This document shows, piece by piece, positions 35,466-42,747 of a stretch of 64,000 bases of DNA (positions within the stretch are counted from its first letter, which is position 1; each line of letters starts with the position of its first letter). Where the stretch lies: NCBI GenBank assembly GCA_943372845.1, contig CALSAD010000015.1, positions 1,389-65,388 of the forward strand, in the 5' to 3' direction. The translations under genes were made by a program, and so were the position numbers. The stretch is from Chitinophaga pinensis. GTDB taxonomy: Bacteria > Bacteroidota > Bacteroidia > Chitinophagales > Chitinophagaceae. The notes under the pieces were generated by a model that saw only the letters and a list, made by a program, of their open reading frames with translations, was not told the origin of the DNA and did no database searches.

Positions 35466-36020
35466 ATGAAACACATAATATATTTACACCTATTTCTATT
35501 TATTCAATCAGCTTGCTATGCACAGAGTAAAAATGGACCCGCAGAAGTAACAAAAGAGATTGAAAAAAAAATTAATCAAGAAATTACTAAAGAATCAGGG
35601 TTATTAAAATCGCGTCTGACAGATTCGAAAGAAGCCACAGATGTAATTGAATTTACTTTGGATACTTTTAGAATAGAAAAATATCGGGAAAGATTTATTG
35701 ACTACGATTGGTCGACAGCGGGTATGAGATCAGCAACATATGATGCAGCAGATAAATATGACAGATTATTAAACAAATACTACAAAAAACTTTTATTAAT
35801 TCTTAAACAAGTCGATAAGTCGGTTCTTATAAACGTCCAAAAATCTTGGATTAGTTTCAGAGACAATGAACTGAAGCTTATCGGAACTATTAGTAAAGAT
35901 GAGTATTCAGGCGGTGGGACAATACAAGGGATACTAAATGCATCAGATTATTTAGAAATTATTAAGCAACGAACATTTACAATTTATCAGCACTACCTGA
36001 GAGCGGCACAAATATATTGA
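35466..36020 (+). CDS. DUF1311 (LprI-like) domain protein, secreted
   Basis: Signal peptide MKHIIYLHLFLFIQSACYAQ, then LLNKYYKKLL..QKSWISFRDNE...GGGTIQG. The 35424 start lies inside repeat R1d, so it was rejected. Confidence 0.7.
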   Translation: MKHIIYLHLFLFIQSACYAQSKNGPAEVTKEIEKKINQEITKESGLLKSRLTDSKEATDVIEFTLDTFRIEKYRERFIDYDWSTAGMRSATYDAADKYDRLLNKYYKKLLLILKQVDKSVLINVQKSWISFRDNELKLIGTISKDEYSGGGTIQGILNASDYLEIIKQRTFTIYQHYLRAAQIY

Positions 36021-36030
36021 TAGAAAAGGC

Positions 36031-36166
36031 AGTACGACTGAGTGGTTGTACTCATAAATAGTTCATTACTAACCTACATAATGCCAGCTCCGATCCGCAA
36101 CGTCCCCTTGCGGGAGACATGCGGGGAACTTTCTGTTTTAGGTGGGCTTAAGAATACTTTGCACAG
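36031..36166. mobile_element. R2 element, truncated copy c (right part only)
   Basis: Aligns with 36381-36523 of the full copy, including the right terminal arm AACGTCCCCTTGCGGGAGACATGCGGGGAAC..AAGAATACTTTGCACAG. Confidence 0.55.
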
Positions 36167-36190
36167 AATAAAATAAATGCATAATTCAGG

Positions 36191-36210
36191 GGCCACAGAT
36201 TCGCAGATTA
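36191..36210. repeat. Family B half element (B2)
   Basis: GGCCACAGATTCGCAGATTA is the left arm only. Confidence 0.6.
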
Positions 36211-36216
36211 TTTATT

Positions 36217-36523
36217 ATCCGCAAAGTATTCCTTTGTCTTTCTCCGCATGTCTCCCGATAGGGGACATTGCGGTTTGTAGCACATAGCAACATCAATATG
36301 GTCAATCTTCTTCATCGCACAAATAAAATTAGGCCAATGTGCTTAACCGTTTTTTGAAGTAGCGTATGTAAACCCTGCAAAGTATACAACAACTAAGTGG
36401 TTGTGTACCCGTTAAGAATTGAATACTAACCTGGATAATGCCTGCTCCTAACCGCAATGTCCCCTTGCGGGAGACATGCGGAGAACTTTCTGTTTTAGGT
36501 GGGCTTAAGAATACTTTGCACAG
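36217..36523. mobile_element. R2 MITE-like element, full copy d
   Basis: Left arm ATCCGCAAAGTATTCCTTTGTCTTTCTCCGCATGTCTCCCGATAGGGGACATTGCGGTT. Right arm AACCGCAATGTCCCCTTGCGGGAGACATGCGGAGAAC..AAGAATACTTTGCACAG. The interior is collinear with 7043-7339. Confidence 0.55.
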
Positions 36524-36548
36524 AATAAAATAAATGCATAATTCCGGG

Positions 36549-36594
36549 GCCGCAGATTCGCAGATTATTAGCTGAAAATCTGCGAATCTGCGGC
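36549..36594. repeat. REP-like hairpin, family B (copy B3)
   Basis: GCCGCAGATTCGCAGATT - loop - AATCTGCGAATCTGCGGC. Confidence 0.85.
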
Positions 36595-36699
36595 AAAATT
36601 CCTCACCACCCTCCAATATGTTTAAAACTGATACACTGCTTACAAACTTTGCAATTCTTTAATCACAATAAATTCAGTAAATTTGATTAAAAGGAACTC

Positions 36700-36933
36700 A
36701 TGGTAGGACACATTATTAACATCGACCCGGAAATTTTAGGAGGAACTCCTGTTTTCAGTGGCACCCGTGTTCCTATTAAGAATCTTTTTGACTATCTCGA
36801 ATCCGGAGAATCCATTGATTATTTCCTTGATGACTTCGAATCTGTTCAGCGTGAGCAAGTAATCAAGCTTCTTGAAATGTCTCAACGTCTTATTGAAACT
36901 TCATCAAATATTCTGCATGAAAATATTGCTTGA
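36700..36933 (+). CDS. DUF433-family antitoxin-like protein
   Basis: DPEILGGTPVFSGTRVPIKNLFDYLESGESIDYFLDDF matches the DUF433 signature. Confidence 0.8.
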   Translation: MVGHIINIDPEILGGTPVFSGTRVPIKNLFDYLESGESIDYFLDDFESVQREQVIKLLEMSQRLIETSSNILHENIA

Positions 36934-37241
36934 TGAATGTGTAACAAAACATCTTAAGCCTCATTTAATGAGTCATGAGGTTTCAACAGTTAGAGAATTA
37001 GGATGGAGTGGAGTTAAAAACGGTAAACTGATGACGCTGTGCGTTTAAAATGGTTTTGATATTCTTTTAACCATTGACAAAAAATTTACAACATCAACAA
37101 AATCTGGATAAATACCCAATCACAATTGTTATATTAAATAGCTACACCAGCAAAGTGGAAGAATTAATTGAATTCTTACCACAATTCGAAGCTCAACTTT
37201 CTACTTATCAAAAACACCGGGCTTATCAAATACATCGATAA
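36917..37241 (+). pseudogene. DUF5615 (Mut7-C/PIN-like) toxin partner, disrupted
   Basis: MKILLDECVTKHLKPHLMSHEVSTVRELGWSGVKNGKLMTLCV, then an in-frame TAA at 37046-37048. NGFDILLTIDK continues, then a shifted frame reads NLQHQQNLDKYPITIVILNSYTSKVEELIEFLPQFEAQLSTYQKHRAYQIHR. The shift fits an extra A in the A6 run at 37079-37084. Confidence 0.75.
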
Positions 37242-37265
37242 GCCAATGTATAACCATCCCCATCA

Positions 37266-38318
37266 TCACTTCCAATACCTCCCAAACCCCGGCGTATCAT
37301 AATACACCACCCGGTTGTTTCTTATTTCTGTAATCAGTAATTCCGCTCCCATTTTTTTTACCAGTTGTTTGGCTTCGATAATTGATGCAATACTACAGGC
37401 CGTTGCCAGCCAGTCGGCAGTTGCTCCGTCTTTGGCAATCACGGTTACATTTCGTTGCGAGGAAATCCCATATCCTGTACGCGGATCAATGATATGTGAA
37501 TATTTGCGGCCATTGTGTTCGATAAATTGATAAGCATCGCCCGAAGTGGCAACGGCCATATTATGTAATAGCAATTTAGTGGTTAAAAGCTCATCGGTTG
37601 TTTCGGGAACATTCACACCCACTATCCATCCCTTGGTTCCCGGCGGTGATCCGCTCATGGCCATATCGCCACCGGCATCAGCCAATGCGCTGTGAACTCC
37701 TTTGGTAGCTAAATAATCAATCACAGCCTGTGCTACATACCCTTTGGCAATACCTCCCAGATCCAACTGCATACTTTGTTTGTTGAATCGGATACGATGT
37801 TGAAGGGTATCTATTGTCAAAAGACCAAAACCAACGCGTTTCTTTTGCATCAAAACCTCACTGCTATCAGGGAAACGGTTTTCCCTGCGCATCCTTCTCC
37901 ACAAACGACTCAACGGCGAAACGGTGATATCAAAAGCCCCTTTGCTTTGCTGCCAGGCTTTTTTTGATTGAACAAGGATATCCCATAAGGCGGGTGATGC
38001 TGTTTGATACCGATTGTCTGCCTGCGCGCATAAGCGGCTCAATTCACTGGTACTATCGTAATCGCTGAAAATATGGTTAAAAGAATCGATTAGCATGAAA
38101 CATTCCTTCGCCAGTTGTACTGCCTGAAATGAATCGGTATGCACCAGTATGAGATTAAAAGGGGAACCCATTTTGTTTTCCACAAAATGAAATTTCCTTT
38201 GTTGGGCATAACAGCTACTAACTGTTAGTAAACTGAGTAAAATAAAAGCAAGGTATCTGCGCAAGCGGGTTGTTTTATGGGTGTATCTCTGTAAATTTAA
38301 GCAAGAAAAAACAGCCAT
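37266..38318 (-). CDS. apbE: FAD:protein FMN transferase (ApbE family)
   Basis: GGIAKGY and ATSGDAYQF motifs with a lipoprotein-like signal (LLTVSSC). Met at 38318 is chosen because the 38345 start would overlap the divergent gene. Confidence 0.8.
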   Translation of the reverse strand: MAVFSCLNLQRYTHKTTRLRRYLAFILLSLLTVSSCYAQQRKFHFVENKMGSPFNLILVHTDSFQAVQLAKECFMLIDSFNHIFSDYDSTSELSRLCAQADNRYQTASPALWDILVQSKKAWQQSKGAFDITVSPLSRLWRRMRRENRFPDSSEVLMQKKRVGFGLLTIDTLQHRIRFNKQSMQLDLGGIAKGYVAQAVIDYLATKGVHSALADAGGDMAMSGSPPGTKGWIVGVNVPETTDELLTTKLLLHNMAVATSGDAYQFIEHNGRKYSHIIDPRTGYGISSQRNVTVIAKDGATADWLATACSIASIIEAKQLVKKMGAELLITEIRNNRVVYYDTPGFGRYWK

Positions 38319-39242
38319 ATGCAAAGAAGAAAATTTATGCAGCAAAGTTTGCTGGCAGGCGGATCACTGATGGCCGCTACTGCCGCTTTTGGAAAAGAAA
38401 AAAAAGCGGAACTACTCGATAATAACCAACCCTTTCATTTGCCCTATGCCATTCATGATGGCATGTTTAAGAATCATGGCGGGGCAGATTTTGTTGACCA
38501 GATCAATTTTGCGCACACTGTTGGGTTTCGCGCCATAGAAGACAATGGCATGATGAGCCGTACACCCGAACAACAAAAAAGAATTGGCGATACCCTTGAA
38601 AAACTGGGATGGGGTATGGGTGTGTTTGTAGTGGAATTTGATAAATGGCCCTTATCTACCAATATGGCCGGCGGCAAAAAAGAATGGCGCGATAAATTTG
38701 TGCAGTATTGTAAAGATGCGGCAGAGGTGGCCAAACGTTGTCATGCCAAATGGGTAACCGTGGTGCCCGGTAATTACGACAGAACCCTTTCTATGGGTTT
38801 TCAAACAGCTAATGTGATTGATATTTTACGAAGGGGTGCCGAAATTCTGGAACCGCATGGATTGATCATGGTATTAGAACCTTTGAGCGATACACCGGAA
38901 CTTTTTCTGCGTTACACAGATCAAACCTATTCCATCTGCAAAGCGGTGAACAGCCCCTCCTGTAAAATTTTATACGATATGTACCACATACAACGCAATG
39001 AGGGTAATATTCTTCCAAATATGAACCGGGCCTGGGATGAGATTGCGTATTTGCAAATAGGCGATAACCCGGGAAGAAAAGAACCGGGTACGGGCGAAAT
39101 GAATTACAAAAATATTTTCAAACACGTTCATGATAAAGGATACAAAGGCATTTTAGGCATGGAGCATGGTAATGCAAAGCCCGGTAAAGACGGAGAGCTG
39201 GCATTGATCAATGCCTATCGTGAAGCGGATAGTTTTATGTGA
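38319..39242 (+). CDS. Tat-exported xylose-isomerase-like TIM-barrel protein (hydroxypyruvate-isomerase-like)
   Basis: Twin-arginine signal QRRKFMQQ, then LEPLS, YHIQRNEGN, IAYLQIGDNPGRKEPGTGEMNY and GILGMEHG. Confidence 0.8.
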   Translation: MQRRKFMQQSLLAGGSLMAATAAFGKEKKAELLDNNQPFHLPYAIHDGMFKNHGGADFVDQINFAHTVGFRAIEDNGMMSRTPEQQKRIGDTLEKLGWGMGVFVVEFDKWPLSTNMAGGKKEWRDKFVQYCKDAAEVAKRCHAKWVTVVPGNYDRTLSMGFQTANVIDILRRGAEILEPHGLIMVLEPLSDTPELFLRYTDQTYSICKAVNSPSCKILYDMYHIQRNEGNILPNMNRAWDEIAYLQIGDNPGRKEPGTGEMNYKNIFKHVHDKGYKGILGMEHGNAKPGKDGELALINAYREADSFM

Positions 39243-39281
39243 TGATGTCAAATGTGTTGTGCGGTTTACTTTTTCATTCCA

Positions 39282-39342
39282 AACCGTGCTTTCGTGCCTT
39301 TGCGTGCTATTTTTTTTCACACCAAGGCACAAAGGCACGGTT
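39282..39342. repeat. REP-like palindromic element, family A (copy A3)
   Basis: AACCGTGCTTTCGTGCCTTTGCGTG - T-rich loop - CACACCAAGGCACAAAGGCACGGTT. Confidence 0.85.
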
Positions 39343-39350
39343 ATAATACT

Positions 39351-39447
39351 TCCTTGCGTTCATTGCGGTCCTTGGCGGGCTTTGCGATACGAAAAAGGTA
39401 AAGCAGTAACGCAAAGCCCGCAAAGGATGCGCAAGGTTCGCAATGGG
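39351..39447. repeat. Long imperfect palindrome adjacent to A3
   Basis: Core stem GCGGGCTTTGCG (39375-39386) pairs with CGCAAAGCCCGC (39410-39421). It is flanked by CCTTGCG..CATTGCGG and GCGCAAGG..CGCAATGG blocks. Confidence 0.65.
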
Positions 39448-39485
39448 TATTTGTTTGAATAGTACAAGACCTTAAAATACATTGT

Positions 39486-40325
39486 ATGTCGTTTCATTTA
39501 TCTCCTGAACAAATAGCCACCTATCATTCTCATGGCTATGTAGTCATTAAAAATTTCTGTTCGACTGCAGAGGTTGATAAACTATATGCTACCGCCGTGC
39601 AGGATGATGCCATGCAAAAAAATGCATTGGATCTGAATGACCAGTCAGGAAAAAAAACAAAATTATCCTTATGGTTTACACCGGGCAATGATGTATTTGG
39701 TTATCTCACGCGCAGCGAAAAAATAGTGGAAGCCGTTCGTTTGTTATTAAATGGCGATGCACCGATCTGTCATTTTCATTCCAAACTGATGCAGAAAGAA
39801 CCACGTGTGGGCGGTGCATGGGAATGGCACCAGGATTATGGGTACTGGTACAAAAACCAGTTTATGTTTCCCGATCAGTTGATCAGTGTCATGGTGGCAT
39901 TAACACCCGCCAACAAAGAAAATGGTTGTTTACAAGTAATCAAAGGCTCGCATAAAATGGGCAGGGTAAATCATGGATTTACAGGTGAGCAGGTAGGCGC
40001 AGATATGGTAATGGTGAACAATGCTTTGCAAACTATGGAGCTGGTGTATTGTGAGTTGAATGCTGGCGATGCTTTGTTTTTTCATCCCAATACATTGCAC
40101 AGGTCTGAAGCTAATTTGTCTGACAACCCGCGCTGGTCAATCATTTCCTGCTATTCAGCACAATCCAATCTTGCGTATAATGAAACTTCTGTTTCCTGGA
40201 AAACACCGGTAGCAATTGTGCCGGATGAAGCGATACTATCATGGGAAGCGAGTTCTTTATCGGATGCGGATTTTCTGAAAAAGGAAAATGATCCTGCTTT
40301 GAAAGAAACGGGGTGGGAGGGGTAG
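39486..40325 (+). CDS. Phytanoyl-CoA dioxygenase (PhyH) family Fe(II)/2-oxoglutarate oxygenase
   Basis: HGYVVIKNF and WHQDYGYW (HxD), with the distal His in FFHPNTLHRSEAN. Confidence 0.85.
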   Translation: MSFHLSPEQIATYHSHGYVVIKNFCSTAEVDKLYATAVQDDAMQKNALDLNDQSGKKTKLSLWFTPGNDVFGYLTRSEKIVEAVRLLLNGDAPICHFHSKLMQKEPRVGGAWEWHQDYGYWYKNQFMFPDQLISVMVALTPANKENGCLQVIKGSHKMGRVNHGFTGEQVGADMVMVNNALQTMELVYCELNAGDALFFHPNTLHRSEANLSDNPRWSIISCYSAQSNLAYNETSVSWKTPVAIVPDEAILSWEASSLSDADFLKKENDPALKETGWEG

Positions 40326-40327
40326 GT

Positions 40328-40352
40328 AATTAAAAATTAAAAATTAAAAATT
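40328..40352. repeat. Heptanucleotide microsatellite (AATTAAA)x3
   Basis: AATTAAAAATTAAAAATTAAAAATT lies 2 nt after the TAG stop. The same unit occurs x5 at 45473-45510. Confidence 0.85.
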
Positions 40353-40374
40353 GAGAAGGGGATTCATTGTGTTC

Positions 40375-40418
40375 TTTCTCTGCGAAACCTCTCTGATCTC
40401 TGCGGCTCTGCGGTGAAA
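40375..40418. repeat. Family C half element (C3)
   Basis: TTCTCTGCGAAACCTCTCTGATCTCTGCGGCTCTGCGGTGAAAA is the left arm only. Confidence 0.7.
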
Positions 40419-40522
40419 AGGGTTGTATTCATTTCGGATGGGTAAGCTGTTCGTGATGCACAGATTAAAAGTTTCTAAAAAATATTATTTACTTACACAC
40501 TTCTGATAATAACACATTTCGT

Positions 40523-42487
40523 ATGAAAAAAATAGGACTTCTTTTTGTTTCTGTATTGTTATTTCAATGGGTATCCGCACAAATGCATCCTGCTAAATTA
40601 TTTGCAGATAGTATGGTATTGCAGAGAGATAAACCCATTCCGATTTGGGGTTGGGCGGCTGCGGGAGAAAAGGTGATCGTGAAACTGAATAAGCAAACCA
40701 AAACAGCGGTTACTTCCGGTAATGGTCGTTGGCGCGTAGACCTTGCTCCGGAAAAAGCAGGTGGTCCATTTCAGTTGCAGATCAGTGGCTCAGAGAAAAT
40801 CGTGCTGAAAGATGTATTGGTGGGTGATGTATGGATCTGTTCCGGCCAATCCAATATGGAATGGACGGTGAACAATTCGAATAACAAAGAGCGGGAGATT
40901 GCATCGGCCAATTTTGCGCAGATCCGACATATTAAAATTGCCAATAGTGTTGCGGGAGTGCCACGCGAAGAGATTGGTAACACCAGCGGATGGCATTCGG
41001 CTACACCTGCGTTCGCAGGTGGTTTTACGGCGGTGGGTTATTTTTTTGCGAGAGAGATTTATCAGCAAACAAAAATCCCCATTGGTCTGATCAATACCAG
41101 TTGGGGCGGAACCGATATAGAAACATGGACGAGTCGCGAAGCTTTTGAAAATAGTGTCGAGTTTTCAGAGATGATTAAGGCCTTGCCCGTGATTAACCTG
41201 GATTCGATGATGGAGATAAAAAAGAAATCCATGCTTGCCAAAATAGTACAATGGCAGGGTGCACTTCCTGATAAAAATGAAACAGCTCAATGGAAAGAAA
41301 CTACCTATAACGATGCAGGCTGGCAAAAAATGAAGGTGCCGGGTTTATGGGAGCAACAGGCACTGCCTGATTTTGATGGCGTGGTTTGGTTTCGGAAAAC
41401 CATTACATTATCCGCTACCGAAGCCGCACAAGGCGCTGATCTTTTGTTGGGTATGATTGATGATGCAGATGAAACATATATTAACGGAACACTTGTAGGT
41501 AGCACCAATGGATATAATCAGGAAAGAATTTATATCGTACAAAAAGGAATTTTGAAAGAAGGTAAGAATGTAATTACCATTAAAGTAAATGATACAGGCG
41601 GTGGCGGAGGATTGTATAGCAAGCCCGAAGCATTGCAGTTATTGTTTTCGAATGGCAAACGATTATTGGCCGGAGAATGGCAATACCGTATCGCTTCCTT
41701 AGGAATGGTCAGTAGTGTTGGTCCCAATAGTTATCCTACTTTATTATACAATGCCATGGTGCATCCATTAATCCCTTTCGCTATTAAAGGTGCCCTCTGG
41801 TATCAGGGAGAAAGCAATGCCGGAAGGGCTTATCAATACAGAAAAGCATTTCCTTTACTCATCAACGACTGGCGTAAACAATGGAAGCAGGGAGATTTTC
41901 CTTTTTATTTTGTGCAACTGGCCAGTTTTAATTCGGGCGGTGGCAACAGCGTAAAAGGAAGTAACTGGGCCGAACTTCGCGAAGCGCAAACACTTACATT
42001 ATCCTTACCCAATATGGGTATGGCGGTTACCACGGATATTGGTGAGTCAAATGATATTCATCCCAAAAACAAACAGGATGTGGGAAAACGTCTGGCTGCT
42101 ATTGCCTTGAATAAATTGTATAATAAAACAACTGCGTATAGTGGCCCAACCTACCAGTCTATGCAGGTAAATGGAAATTTAGCTGCAATCAGTTTTACGA
42201 ACCTGGGGTCGGGGCTGATGCTAAAAGCAGGCAGTACGGTTCTGGAAGGCTTTGAAGTAGCGGGTGCTGATCAGAAATTTTATCCAGCCACTGCTGTGAT
42301 CATAGGAAATAAAGTTATGGTGAGTGCTGTTGAGGTAACGGTTCCTGTTGCGGTTCATTATGCATGGGCGGATGATGCGGGTACTGCTAACCTGTTTAAT
42401 AAAGAAGGATTTCCTGCTGTTCCTTTCAGAACGGATAACTGGAAGGGAATTACCGAACAGGGAAAATATCGCATTGCAATTAAATAG
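40523..42487 (+). CDS. Sialate O-acetylesterase-family (SASA/DUF303) carbohydrate esterase
   Basis: Signal peptide. VWICSGQSNME and GALWYQGESN motifs with an inserted beta-sandwich region. Confidence 0.85.
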   Translation: MKKIGLLFVSVLLFQWVSAQMHPAKLFADSMVLQRDKPIPIWGWAAAGEKVIVKLNKQTKTAVTSGNGRWRVDLAPEKAGGPFQLQISGSEKIVLKDVLVGDVWICSGQSNMEWTVNNSNNKEREIASANFAQIRHIKIANSVAGVPREEIGNTSGWHSATPAFAGGFTAVGYFFAREIYQQTKIPIGLINTSWGGTDIETWTSREAFENSVEFSEMIKALPVINLDSMMEIKKKSMLAKIVQWQGALPDKNETAQWKETTYNDAGWQKMKVPGLWEQQALPDFDGVVWFRKTITLSATEAAQGADLLLGMIDDADETYINGTLVGSTNGYNQERIYIVQKGILKEGKNVITIKVNDTGGGGGLYSKPEALQLLFSNGKRLLAGEWQYRIASLGMVSSVGPNSYPTLLYNAMVHPLIPFAIKGALWYQGESNAGRAYQYRKAFPLLINDWRKQWKQGDFPFYFVQLASFNSGGGNSVKGSNWAELREAQTLTLSLPNMGMAVTTDIGESNDIHPKNKQDVGKRLAAIALNKLYNKTTAYSGPTYQSMQVNGNLAAISFTNLGSGLMLKAGSTVLEGFEVAGADQKFYPATAVIIGNKVMVSAVEVTVPVAVHYAWADDAGTANLFNKEGFPAVPFRTDNWKGITEQGKYRIAIK

Positions 42488-42553
42488 TACCGAAGCTATA
42501 TCATCAGCAGTGTATCAGTTTGAGATGTATGGGAGAGTGGTGAGGATTTTTTT

Positions 42554-42620
42554 GCCGCAGACCTGCCTGCCGGCGAGGCAAGTTCGCAGATTATTAACCT
42601 GAAATCTGCGAATCTGCGGC
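42554..42620. repeat. REP-like hairpin, family B (copy B4) with internal insertion
   Basis: GCCGCAGA-[CCTGCCTGCCGGCGAGGCAAG]-TTCGCAGATT - loop - AATCTGCGAATCTGCGGC. The left arm is interrupted by a 21-nt GC-rich mini-hairpin. Confidence 0.75.
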
Positions 42621-42747
42621 AAAGAATGCTGAATGCATATCTACAGATACAGTACCCTATCATAAGTGATTTGTTTGAACAGTACAGGTCATGACGGTTG
42701 CCAATAGGTAATCATTAGTTTTCGTTACTGTTCATCTTATGCTATAA

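Noticed and set aside
36000-36620. Possible CRISPR array, because of closely spaced repeats
   Set aside because: The repeats belong to different families, have unequal lengths and are themselves long palindromes. There is no regular repeat-spacer periodicity and no cas genes in the window.
39211-39462. 83-aa ORF downstream of the TIM-barrel gene
   Set aside because: It is translated straight through the family A hairpin and the adjacent long palindrome.
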